A stretch of 64,000 bases of DNA from Eledone cirrhosa (taxonomy: Eukaryota), in the NCBI GenBank assembly GCA_964016885.1, contig OZ024743.1, positions 71,858,001-71,922,000 of the forward strand, written 5' to 3'. Both the position numbers and the translations under genes were made by a program. Every line of letters starts with the position of its first letter. The stretch's first letter is position 1. Below are positions 63,954 through 64,000 of this stretch, in pieces. The notes beneath the pieces are model-generated. The model was not told the DNA's origin. It worked only from the letters and a program-made list of their open reading frames with translations, and searched no databases.

Positions 63954-64000
63954 GGGAAGAAGACGTACGAGGTGGCGGAGGTCATGAAATCGCTCCCGTA

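Overview
Repeat-only, AT-rich metazoan DNA, most likely an octopod cephalopod (inferred from the recurrent tRNA-derived SINE and the (TA)n/(CA)n/(GA)n density). I found no host protein-coding gene. Most ORFs in the supplied track are microsatellite artefacts ([12 protein letters not shown]). The window is a mosaic of retroelements inserted into (TA)n tracts: several Penelope-like element (PLE) families (RT plus C-terminal GIY-YIG), RTE, R4/Dong-like and L1/Tx1-like LINE remnants, SINEs, and one probable MITE. The main hidden signal is RNA. Folding by eye, I find about two dozen hammerhead ribozyme (HHR) motifs from many unrelated families. They lie in PLE 3' ends (pseudo-LTRs), in non-coding fold-back insertions, and in 431-640 bp tandem or terminally redundant units that resemble retrozymes. 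Several carry very large, branched stem II inserts. One family has an unusual hammerhead-like four-way junction with a covarying loop-loop pairing. All structures were derived by hand, coordinates may be off by a few nt, and no ribozyme activity is shown.
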